From: Camelus dromedarius
Lineage: Eukaryota
NCBI RefSeq assembly: GCF_036321535.1
Contig: NC_087444.1
Coordinates: 36,518,001-36,582,000 of the forward strand
Direction: 5' to 3'
Length of the DNA: 64,000 nucleotides
A model generated the notes under the pieces. The model saw only the letters and a program-made list of their open reading frames with translations. It searched no databases and was not told the DNA's origin. Position numbers and translations under genes: made by a program. Of the stretch, positions 1 to 11,500 are shown one piece after another (position 1 is the first letter of the stretch; each line of letters starts with the position of its first letter).

Positions 1-2145
1 AGGGGAAAGTAGGTCACAGCAGGAGGATTGGTAATCTCCCTGATGGCTGGCCAACACAGTCAGGCCCCTGCTTCTGAAAGCAGGCTGCTCCTGGCCATCC
101 ATCAAGAATGGCTCTGGGAAGACTTTTGGAGTTTGGAGCCCTGGCACCATCCCTCCCAACAATATATGCCCAGGTTAAGGGGGCTGTGCCAAGAAGACAC
201 GTTCTCCAACTCATTCTCAGTCCAAGCTCTTGCTATCTGTAACAGTTTCTATAAAAATAAGTTCTATTTTTCATTCCACACACTCCCACAAGTGCACTCT
301 TTGTATCCAGCCCTAGCTTGGGTGCTAGACACACAAACAGGACCCTCAGGGAATCCACAGTGGGGAATTCTGACCTGGACCCAGACAGTAACAAGCCAGT
401 GAGCCAGTGCTCAGTACTGAGGCAGGAGAAAGTCCTGGAGCTGTGTGTACCTGAGGCTTCTGATTCAGCTTGGAGTCAAGGTTAGGGAGGAGAGGACATT
501 AAACAAGAAGTAGGAGTTCACCAGGAAGAAATGGGGAAGGATAGTCTGAGTACAGAAAATAAATATGTAAAGATCTAGAGGAATAAAACTCTGGCCTTCC
601 CTTCTGGAAGATACCGATGGTCCAATGGGGCAGATCTGGGAGTGTTTGTCTCCTGAACTTTCTCCTTCAGGTGATGTGAGAAGATGGTTAATGAATGGTT
701 GGCAGAGAGAAGCGGGAATAAAAGTACAGGTGAATGAAGCACAGGAGCAACGATAGGGCAGAGAGTGAGTTAACTGAGGTGTCTTAGCTAACCGGAATGG
801 CAGGGTGTTTGGGAAGCACTGATGAAGTAGGGCTCCCACATATATGGTTGGAAGTCTCTGGAGGCACCTGTCACCCTAGAGCCTAAGAAATGGTCCTATC
901 AGGCCTGATTGTGTCCTGAGAGCAACAGCCTCCCAGCATGGGCTTTAGTGTAAACCTGGCCTGCCAAGTTCTATACTAGCTCAACCCCTCCCAGCTGATC
1001 CCTTGGGCCTCTCTTATAAAGTCCTCTCCAACTCAGCCCCACTTCTCCTCCACCATTTGTAAATCTTGCATCCTTACCTCTATCACCACCTACTGTCCTC
1101 CTTCTCTGAAGCCTCCCCTTACCCCAAGGACTGAGTAGGTAGATCACTCCTCTGTGCTCCTACAGAGAAGAGTTGAAGGAATAGACTGAATAAACTGTCC
1201 TACATACAAACACAGCTGGCTTATGTAGGGTCTTGTAGACAATGGCAAGGAACTTAATATCAGGATCAATTTGTCAATTTAGAAAATAGAAAATAAAGAG
1301 GAAGAAGGGAGAGTAGAAGCCAGTTAGGAGGTCATGGCAGTGCCCACAGAAGCCGTGGCATGGTGGCTTGGAAGAGGGTCCCAGCAGTGGTGGTAGAGGA
1401 CGATCAAGAGGGTCTCATCTTCTCTGAGGCCTCCTTCTTCCGTCAGGATTTTGCCCATGTTGATTTTTGCTCTTCCTCTCCACCAGGATGAACAGGGGCT
1501 CTGTACACAGCACACACTCATTCCGTGCTCATAGAAAGTCTTCTGGGATTGTTTTTAATTCATACTGCTCAAAGAACAAGCTTGTGGAGAGCAAAGGACA
1601 GAGGAACCCTCATTGTGACCCATTTCTACAGCTCCAGCTCACCTCAGGGACTTGAATGTAGGCTCTAACAGGGTCTCCCCACCTTCTGGAACAGACTACC
1701 CTCAGATGGACCAGGACTCCAGAGAAGGAGAGGAAAGAGCACTTAATCTGAACTGTGTCTTGAAGGCTAAGGTGGTAGTTCAGCAGAGGGAAGAGGAGGT
1801 GAGAGGATCAGGAGCCTGGATGATAGTATGAACCTGGGGATAAGGGGAGGGACACTACCAGGGGCCAGGACAGGAGGAACAGGCAGAGCTAGGAGTGCCA
1901 ACCCAGGAGGACAGAGAAAGACGTGCATTCCTGCACATCTCTGGTCACCACCAGGACTCATGGAAACTGCTAGCAATGGAAAGCTCTGCCCCACCCCTGG
2001 GAAATGAGTGTTTGTGAGGAGTAAGACTGAGTCCCCTGTGGCTGCCTACCGCCCCACCCGTCTCTTCCTGAGGATCATATTCTCTGCCCCAGCCAAGTGG
2101 CCACAGCCAAAAGAAAGGAAGGAGATTAATACAAATATAAATACC

Positions 2146-2151
2146 TTTAAT
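2146..2151 (-). terminator. NRN1L: NRN1L polyadenylation signal (ATTAAA)
   Basis: tttaat on + strand, about 90 nt past the stop codon, followed by AT-rich sequence. Confidence 0.6.
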
Positions 2152-2241
2152 GAAAGCCAAGCACACTCTGCAGAGCCCCAACTGCAGCCACTAGAGCAGG
2201 GCTGGGGGCAAGGGCGCTGCTACCTGACCAGACTGGACTGG

Positions 2242-3628
2242 CTAGGCCAGGGGTCCCAGGAGGCAGGCAAGCGCCAGAGCAGCAGTCAGCAGCACCGGCG
2301 AGGGGGCCGGGGTGAGTGCAGGTGCAGCTGCCCGCAGCGTCTCCTGGTTGGTCTCGGTGCCAGCGCCTCGCTCCTGAACACGCACAGGGGTGCCACACAG
2401 GGTGTGCAAGTTATCTGGGTGCGGGGCCTGGTGAGCTTCTTGCTGTAGTGACTCCCACACAGCGGCTGCTTCTTCTGGGCAGCCCAACAGGACTCGAGAG
2501 GCACAGTTGTGGAAGTCATTCCAAGACCTGTTAAGGGTGTGGGGTTAGGGGAATTAGGTGGGGTGAGGGGGCTTTGGAATGGGAAGAAAGAGGTTCAGAC
2601 CCCAAGGGTGGCAGGGTTGGGCTACTGCCCTTGCACTTGCCCATACCTGCAGACGGTCTCTAGCTCGCCTCCGCGGCCCATGCTGTCCCCCAAGCGGATG
2701 AGACATTCGGCAAAGCCCTGGTATATGGTGTCACAGCGGCCTGGGCCTACAGTGGCTGCTGCCAGGGGAGATACAAGGACTGCAGGTAGGGATGGAGAAT
2801 GGTTGATAGAATGATCCAGCGAACCCGTCTTTTCCCCTCCGCAACCCCCAGGGACTTGTTTACCAGGGAGCTCTCTGGGGATATGACTCAGCGTGAAAGG
2901 GATGCCCCAGGGAACTAAGAGGCATATCTAGGGACCACCTGCCTCAGCCCCCTTCTAGGCAGAACAAGACAGGATAGGTGGGGGTGGAGAAAGTGGATGT
3001 CATGTCCTAGGGGTTGGCTCTTCTTCCGAGCTCCTGGACCCTAGGAGTGGTAGGAATGTTCCAAATGAAGGAGGTCATGGTGAAGGGGGTCAGGCGGGCA
3101 GGGCTCCCAGCAGCATCATTTCTCTGCAGCCTAGAAAAGCTTTGCTTGGCCTTTCCATCTTGCCCCCAAAGACAAGTGTTTTTGGATGGGTAGGGAAGGA
3201 TAGAGGGTGCTGGGATCCAGGCCTGACACTAACAGAGGACCTCAGAGATCCCATGGTTGGTCTGGGAGTCCTGCAACAGTCCAAGTCTCCCCTTATCAGA
3301 ATGAGGGCTGCAGAAATGAGGGGTCCTTCCCCCAAAACTAGGGTTAAGTTCACACCCCTCACTTTATAACCTGAAGCCACTGGCACACATTATCCCCTCC
3401 CAGGAGCCCTCTCACCTCCTCTCCACCCTTTCTCTCAGCGCTCAGGAAGGCTGGGCCTCAGCTCCCACACAATCTATACCCAGCCTGGGGAGAGAATGTG
3501 CAGCCCGGGCAGGGTCCAGCACAACGGCACTCACCAAAGGACGGCAGCAGCAGCAACAGCAACAGCCCCAGGGCACGGGGCGGTTGCTGGCGGTGGCGAT
3601 AGGGGCAGCAGCAGCAACAGCGCATCAT
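2242..3628 (-). CDS. NRN1L: Neuritin 1-like (CPG15-2), GPI-anchored neurotrophic protein, 170 aa
   Basis: Exons 3535-3628, 2647-2779, 2242-2527, all GT-AG with compatible phases (513 nt). Translation MMRCCCCCPYRHRQQPPRALGLLLLLLLPSFVLVSPLAAATVGPGRCDTIYQGFAECLIRLGDSMGRGGELETVCRSWNDFHNCASRVLLGCPEEAAAVWESLQQEA...LACLLGPLA*. Signal peptide, Cys-rich neuritin domain and hydrophobic GPI tail. Confidence 0.96.
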
Positions 3629-3699
3629 CCCCAGCTGGGAGCCTAGTGCCAGAGCTAGCAGCTTGGAGTACAGCCCTTCGGCCCAGCCCCCGAAAGAAG

Positions 3700-3760
3700 G
3701 GACTGTGATTGGATGGGAGTTGGGGGCAGGGCTCCAAAGACAGCTGGCGGCCCCGCCCCC
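3700..3760 (-). promoter_or_regulatory. NRN1L: NRN1L proximal promoter: CCAAT box and GC box
   Basis: gtgattgg (CCAAT on - strand) near 3705-3712 and ccccgccccc at 3751-3760, 80-130 nt upstream of the ATG. Confidence 0.5.
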
Positions 3761-4031
3761 AGCTCCCAGCTAGGCAAAGGATGAAGGGAGGGACTCCAGA
3801 GAGGAGAACCCAGGGGCACAGGGTGGTGCTGAGCTGATCCCAGGGCCCTTGCCTGAAATATGGAGACAGGAGGCCTGGGAAGACAGCTGTGTAGATGAGT
3901 GTGGGTGTCCAGGCCCCTGGCGTGGGTTGGGCTAGGCCAAGCTCCACAATGGGAGAAGGGAGGGGGCAGGTAACAGAAGGCAGTTATCAAAGTCACTCCA
4001 AAGACACATGAAAAGCACACATGTACTCCAT

Positions 4032-4037
4032 TTTATT
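4032..4037 (-). terminator. EDC4: EDC4 polyadenylation signal (AATAAA)
   Basis: tttatt on + strand about 330 nt downstream of the EDC4 stop. Confidence 0.75.
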
Positions 4038-4366
4038 CCAAAAGCATTTAATTGAATTTCTCAATGTTTTTCAAAAACAAAAAGATCCAAATTGGAGGTA
4101 AAAAGGAACATGGAAAATTTAACACAAGTGATGTCACAATCTCGGGGGTCATGCTCCAGGCATGGCAGAACCCAAGAAGGCACAATGCCCACCCTGGGCC
4201 CAGCCTAAACCTGCTGGCTACCACAACCTATAGACCATAGCCAGTGCTACCCCTGTCAAACACCCAAGAGGTGGGAGCCTGAGCAGGTAAAAGGCAGACA
4301 TGACCCTGCTTTGGCCTAGGCCTCTCTGCTGGCCTTCAGTGCCATCCCACCCCTGGGTAAGGCAGG

Positions 4367-7300
4367 CTAAGGGAGGCTAGGGGTCATAAGGCCGTGCAGC
4401 ATGAGGCTGAGACGCCGGGCCGCTTTGCCAAGTGAGTTGTGTGGCTCGGCCTGCAGGAACTGGAAGAGCTTCTGGCGCACCTGGGCCATGACGGAGCCCA
4501 TGTGGTCCCGAGTGATGGGGTCACTGTGGTCCAGGTGCATCACAGCCTCTTCCAGGTAGCTGGGGGTGGAGGAAAGGGACAGGCTGCAGGTGGCCTCCAG
4601 CAGATGGAGTGCCCCCTGGTGGCAATGAGGCAATGGAGGCCTCAAAGCCTGAGACGGGCAAAGTGGATTGTTGGAGAAAATCAGGGAGGGGTGTCAGGCA
4701 GGAGTAGGAGTCTCTGAACTGCTCTCCCACCTTGATCCGAGCCCTAGTCCCTGACTACACCCACTCACCTGAGCTTGAGGTCAGTTCGAGTGCCAAGGTC
4801 AGAGGCCAGCTGCTGGATGAGTGACAGGAGTACAGGCTGGGAGAGGGGGCAAGGTGGCTGCCCAAAAACCTGGCCTGGGTCTACAGTTTCACACACGTAC
4901 AGCACCAGGTTCAAGTCAGCAGCAGTCAGAGCCTGAGTAGAGAGCAGCTAATGTCAGGATGAGATGCCTGCTTGTTGGCTATGTGGCCTGGGAGAAGATG
5001 ACCAAAGAGAAGAGTTCTAGGGGATCCAGAGGGGGAAGCCCAGAGAGACTCTGTAGGGCTGTTATTACTCTAAGGGATTAGGAAAGGTTTCTTGAGAAGG
5101 GTGGTTATGAAGCAAGGTGGGTTGAGGAGGAAGAAAGGGATCCAGCATCCAGGCAGAGAGAAAAGCAGGCAAAAGAGAACCAAGAAGAGTCAGCTGGGGC
5201 CTGACCACCCAAAGCCTAATGGGTAGAGTGGAATGTATCATGTGTGGGCCTTGTCAGGAGACACTTGACCCTACCTGTGCCTAGTGCCTGGCTTACCTGC
5301 TGGAAGGCCTGATTGAGGTGGCCCTGCTGCAGCAGCTGCAGGATATGGGCTTGCTGGGCTTGGCAGTCGAGGTGGGGAGCAGGGACGGGTGTGCCAGCGG
5401 CTGAGCGCATAGCCTGCATGATGCTAGAGGTGACGGCGGCCTGCTGCTCCTTGAGTGCCACACTCACCTCACCCTTGACAATGCGCTGTACTTGTGCTAA
5501 AATTGACTCCTGCAGGCTGCAAAGCCAAGTGAAGGGAAATGAGGTAAACAGGGAGTCTGGTCTGGGCCTTTACAAACCCACCACCTTGCCCAGTGCCCTG
5601 CCCACACACCTGCCCACAGCCACATGCAGCTGGTGCTGCACCTCAGCCCGAACACTACTAGACACGGTCGCCGCCATTTGCTCAGTGGCCCCCTGCAGTG
5701 TGCTGACCAGGCTCCGCAGCTGGGCCAGCACAGGCTCTCGTGCCTCCTGCTCACGTGCCTTTCGGCTCTTCATGTGGCTCTCCAGCTGCTGCAAGTCTGA
5801 CAAGTGACCATGGGATCATGAGATGGCTGGTGGGGGAGAAGGGATAGCTCCTCCCAGCTGGGGGCATATGACCGCACTCACATTCCTGTGTGCCCAGTCG
5901 GAAGCTATCATTGATCTGCTGGAACATGGCCTGGCAGCTCTTCTCGAAGGCGGGCAGCACCACGCTCTGGAAGGCTTCACGGTAGGCGGCCTGCATTGGC
6001 CCCTGTAATGTGTCTGCAGCTGCTCGGGCAATGGCATCTGTCAAGTTCTGGGCATGGAGGGAGGGACTCAGTTGAAAGCCTGAGCCCAAGCCCAGGCCCA
6101 CCAACCACCAACCTCCCTCATCTTAGGCCCTATAGCACCTTGGACTTTAGCAGTTTGGAGATGGTCTCTTTCATGCTACCCTCCACGGCTGTGAGCTTTG
6201 TGGCCACTGAGTTGCTCAGCTGGCCTGCCATGGGCTCCAGGCTCCGAGAGACACCTGAGGTAGGGTGAGAATAGAGGTAGAGCCATGAAAGGAAGCTTGA
6301 CAGGAAGGGGGCCCCACTCCCATGTGGCCCACCCAGAAGTCTCCATGCAAAACTCACATGGAGGCACAGTCTTCTTGATCTCATCCCGTATGCTGCGCTC
6401 CAGCCGTCCAGCCACAGCTGAAGACAGAGCTTGGGACAACTGTTGCGTCAGCTGCTCCTGCAGCTGCCCACCTCGCTGCTGCCCCTCAGCCAGTGCCCGC
6501 TCTAGTCGCCGCTCTGCCTTGTAGCTAAGGAATAGGCCTAGAGCAAGCCCCATAACCCTTTCTAAGCCAAGAATGCTGCTGTCACCCCATCCCTATGCCA
6601 TGCTGTGCCACTGCCCACAAGGATACGCTCCTGCTCGTGCCGTGACTCTAGGGCACGTTCTACATGGCCTGTGACAGTGCTCTGCAGACCTTCAAGCTGG
6701 GTGCACAGACGCTGCAGCAGCTCCTCTTGGCTGTGCCGCAGCTGCGCCAGCTCTCTCTGCTGTTCCCAAATTAACGCTGGCCAGTCCTCAGGGATTTCTG
6801 CCACCTGCCAGGAGCACCACCATCACATGATGCCTGCCCCACTCATCCCCACACACCAGACCTGGGGATGGCCCAGATTCCCACTCCACCCTCACAGGCA
6901 GGAGCCAGAAGCAGGAAGTTGCTCACTCACCTGGTGCTCTGTGAGCCGGGATCCCACTGATGAATCCCTGCCATACATGAGAAGCACCTCAGGCCATGTC
7001 AAGCAGGCAGCCTGGTGACCACCCCTCTCCCTGGCCCCAGGACCCCCCCTACCCGTCATCCTTTTTGCCCTTTCTCTTGAGCTTGGGTGAGGCCCGAGGG
7101 GATCCCTTGGCCTTCCAGTCCTTGGCAGGAAGACGCGGAGTGGGAACTTTGGTGCCAAAGCCCCCTGCAGCAGAAGCAAGGCTGGCCACCTCATCATCGT
7201 GGTCACTGTGGGAAGGGGAGGGAGAGGGCTAGGCACCTACCCACTTGCTAGCCCTCCCTGTGAAAGGAATGGTGTGAGGTGGTGCCTACCTTTGCTCGGC

Positions 7301-8521
7301 GCTGGCGTCCTGGCTGTCATGTTGCTGCAGCAGGTGATAAGGTGGTCGGTGGAAAGCCAGGCTCTTGTGCTTTTCCTGGAGGCCATTCCTGGGGCTGGAG
7401 GGACAGGCCAACTCAGCAGTGGATGACTCTATCTGAAGACCCTACCATCAGCACACTTTCCCCCTCCTAAATTCCTCACCTCTCTGCCAGGCTGCTACAG
7501 GTCTCACGAGTAATGTCAGGTGCCGTAGGCCAGACTTGACTGTCAGGGGCTGTGGCCTCCTGGGTCAAGGCTGCCTCCAGGAGGGAAGGGGTACTATGCC
7601 GATCCACATCCCCAGGGCCTCCATCCAAGTTAAGCTGGGGGCCAAGCTCGGGCCCCGGCCGGGGCCGTGGGGACAGAAGGTGTAGTGCCGAGGCAGCTGA
7701 GGCCATACTGTCTGGCTCTAGACCCTCAGAAGCAGAGGAGCCAAAGCCACGGGACAGTGCCTCAGATGCAATCTCAGGGATATCCTGGGACAGGGCAGTG
7801 GAAGCTGAGGAGATAACATCGGGGGAGCGGGTGCGGCTAGGGGAAGCCTGAGGCAGCCCCAGGGGCTCCACTTCCTGCAGCTCCAGGGATAGTGTAGAGG
7901 CGGCAGTTGGCACCTGAAGTGGACCGAAGATAAGAACTTAGGTGGTGGGAAGTAGGGACAAGGGGAGTACAGAGACAAAGCACTAGTATCTGTAGTGATG
8001 AGAGGTGGGACAGCAGTGAAGGGTGATGCACCCAGGAGGAGAGGTGGTGAGGATGGAGAGGCTGAGGATCTGCCCTCCAGGGAACATTGGAGGCTGAGAT
8101 GACCTCAGGGGAAACATGGGCCACCTGAGGCAGAGCAGGGCTAGCAGAGAGGAGACTGCCGCCAACCTCCCCGCTGCCATACACCTGCACTTCACACACA
8201 CCCACACACGCACCTGCCCAGGCACTTTGGGAGTCAATTTGTCGGCCGGACCTGGGAGCAGGCTGGGCAGGAGGCTGCGTGGGCTTGCCTGCAGGTTGCT
8301 GCTGCTGCTCATTGTCAGACCACCATCCAACTGCAGCTTGGGGCTCAAGGTCAGTTCCTCAGGTGGCCTGGTGGCAGGAAGGCTGAGGTGTAAGCAGCCA
8401 GACCTTGGCACTACCTGGCACCAGCCCCTGTTACCCACTAACTCTGACTCTCACTTCACCTGGACAAGGAGGGGTCCACAGCTGAAGTACTGCCCATGGC
8501 AGACACAGCTGTAAGAGAGGA

Positions 8522-8554
<33 letters not shown>

Positions 8555-11500
8555 GCTGCTACTGCTGCTACTGCTACTGGGAGACGCAGTGATCTGGGGA
8601 GATGGGAGAACAAGGGCCGTGTCTGTGAGAGGCATTCCCAGTCCCCCAGCCCTAGCCCCACACTCCTCCACCAGCACACCTGCTGCAGGGAGGCGCTGGG
8701 CGTCATGAAGGCGTCAGGTGTCATCAGCTTGGGCTTGGTCTCACTGCTCAGACTGAGGAAGTCGGCAGGTGCAGGCAGCTCCACAATGCGTCGGAGGTCA
8801 GGCTGGGAGCCATGAGTGGCCGACCCTAGGCCCTCAGAGCCCAGTTCAGGCTGAGACTCTCCAAATGCTGTGGGGAAAGCTGCCACTTGAGTCAGATCTC
8901 AGACCCCGGTGAGAACTTGCTTCCCTCTCACCTTCAACTCACCAAAGTCCTCATGGGCAGGGTGTGTGGGGAGTGGGGCCACCACATCAGGGTTCAGCTG
9001 TGGCTGGAAGCGGATCTGCACGTCTTGCAATGCCCTGCAGGAAGAGCAGGGGGAGAACAGAAGAGTCATAGAGTCAGTAGGGTGGGGAGGGCACAGACAG
9101 GGCAGAGGTGGGCCTCCTCAACACACTCACTTAGTGTGTACACAAAAGAGCTTGATGAGCACACCAGCTGCAGACTCAATGGCACCGGCTCCGTGGATCC
9201 CATCTGCAAGGACAGTGTGGACAGCTAAGCCCTGGCGCTCTGTGCCTCAGCACTCCCCTATATCCAACACATATCCTTGATCCTGAGCAGCTCACCAGCC
9301 CCTAGGCTGTCATTCTCCTCCTCGGCAGGCAGCACCTCAGTGTGCCTCAGCCGGCAGCGACTTACAACCTGGATACCGAAGCTCAGCACAGGGTGGGTGA
9401 GCAGGAACTCAGAGATGGAGCTGAAGCAGGCACGGCCCTCCTCCTGATTCTGCAGCAGCTCCATCACGTAGAGGACCTGCATAGGCAGTGCGTTCACAGC
9501 TGACCTCAGGGGCACACATACCCTTCCCTCCCTGATAATACCAGCTCTGCCCAGGGTGCCCCGAGTGCAACCTACCTTCCGTTGTACATCGCTGAGAATC
9601 AGGTATTCTGCTGAGAGATCCAAGCAAACCTTGAGGCTGGGAGGCACACTCACTGAGTTGAAGATATCTGGGGAGAAGCTGGTGGACAACAAGGCATGAG
9701 GAATGAGACTGAGAGGGTAGATAGAACCCATATCTGCAACCCTGCCCCTGCCCAGACCCCAGCCCCTGCTTACCGAATGGTCTGCAGGCAGGTCCAGGAC
9801 ACAGTGCACCACATCTTCAGCTCCCGATTTTGGTCAGCGCCAGTAATGAGGAACCTCCAGAAAGGGACCCTGCAAAGCAACAAGACACTGAGTGGCTGGC
9901 TGGGCCCCTGGTGGGAGCTCAAGGTCTAGCCCACCATCCACCTGCCTGCCCACTCACTCACTCAGGGTCCTGTTTCTTGTGGTTGTCACAGAACAGGAGG
10001 CAGGAGAGGGGCCGCCCATCATGAGGCTTCCACTCGTGTAAACACCTGTAGGCAGGTATATGAGGGGCCTGAGTGGGTGATCTGATTTCCTACCTGGGGG
10101 GGCCCAGTCCCTCAGGCCGTGCCTTACCTTGGCTCATCCTGCCCCTCAATGTAGATCTGCCAAAACTTAACGAAGCCATCATGGCTTGCGGTAGCCAGGA
10201 CAGTCCCATCGGGTGAGAGGGCCCCTTCACTCAGGCACTGGGAAGAACCCAAAGAGGCTTGCTTTGCCACCTGACTAGAGGTAGGAGCAAGCCTTTCTCA
10301 GGGGAGGATGGTAGTGAGCTAGCCTGACCCACAGTGGATCTGCCTGTTTGTGTGAAAGACTGAATGAGTGGGAGTGCTATAGAGAAGACCTGGACCCATG
10401 GGGTGCAGCCAGGTAAGGTACAAGCTCCATAAGAAAGGGTCACTTTGTGCTCAGAGTTCCCAAGGGCAGAGTGCTAGTAAAGCTGCCTAGGCAGTTGTGG
10501 CTACAGGGAATAGAGGAGGGACATAATGGGGTTGGGACAGGAGGGCAGAAAGGCAGTCAGCTGCAGGCTTACTGTGCTGTGGCCTTTTACCACGATGAAG
10601 CCCTGCTTGATTTGGCTGACATCCACAGGCCAGGTGCTGTGGCTGGAGCGGAGCATGTCCAGGTCCCATACTTCAGCCTGGCAGGTACAAGGAGGTGAGT
10701 GTTCAGCCCATGCCCACACCATGGCTGCTCCATCCCTTCCTCTCCTCCACACCCAGCCCCCTCACCCGGTCCTCATGTAACAGGGCCACCGTTGGGCTGC
10801 CCTCCTCACAGCAGTCCTCACTCTCTTCAGGGATGAAGGGGCACCAGATGATCCTGCGAAAGTGGTTCAGTGGCGTGCCCTCTGGCTGTCGGATATGAAC
10901 TAAGATCTCTTCTCTGAACAGGGTGTTAAGGGCTAGCCAGGCTGATGATGAAGTGTGTCTGGCAGATTGAGTTCTGCCCACCTTGCTTCAGTCCCCCACC
11001 CAACCCTGGGAAAGGATACTGAATTTTGCCATTAACCAAAGCTAAGCGCCATACGAACAGGTTGCCTGCCTCATCCAGACAGGCCAGCTGTGGGGAATTG
11101 ACGTGTGCAAAGGCCAGATCAGCCACACTGCCTGTGAAACCTTTGAGCAGGGTCCGCTCCGAAGTGCTGACACTGATCACCCGCACCATTGCTGAGCCGT
11201 TGTTGGCAGCTGGAATCAGGAGAGCCATAGACCGTGAATAAATATCCAGGCCCAGGCAGCAGCAGAGAAGCCCTGCCCTTGCCTGTCTCTCTGCCACTAC
11301 AAGTCTTAAGCTTGGTTTTCTCTCTTGGCTCCAGAAGGCCTGGCAGAAGTGAGGACAGCACAGATAAGCCTTCCATTACACCACTAAGGTCTGAGTGAGC
11401 TGAATGGCCTGACACTGGATTTGCATCTCTGGGGCTTCTAGCAGAATACCTCCTCCCCGCTGCTCCTACTCACCCCGAATGGCATAGGCCAAGAAGGAGT

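Noticed and set aside
1324-1521. 65-aa minus-strand ORF downstream of NRN1L as a possible alternative last exon
   Set aside because: No recognisable homology, no convincing acceptor or polyA signal, and phase compatibility not shown.
7837-8886. Long overlapping ORFs (poly-Leu, poly-Ala, poly-Cys frames) around the EDC4 repeat
   Set aside because: These are alternative-frame readings of the EDC4 AGC repeat and GC-rich exons with short introns.
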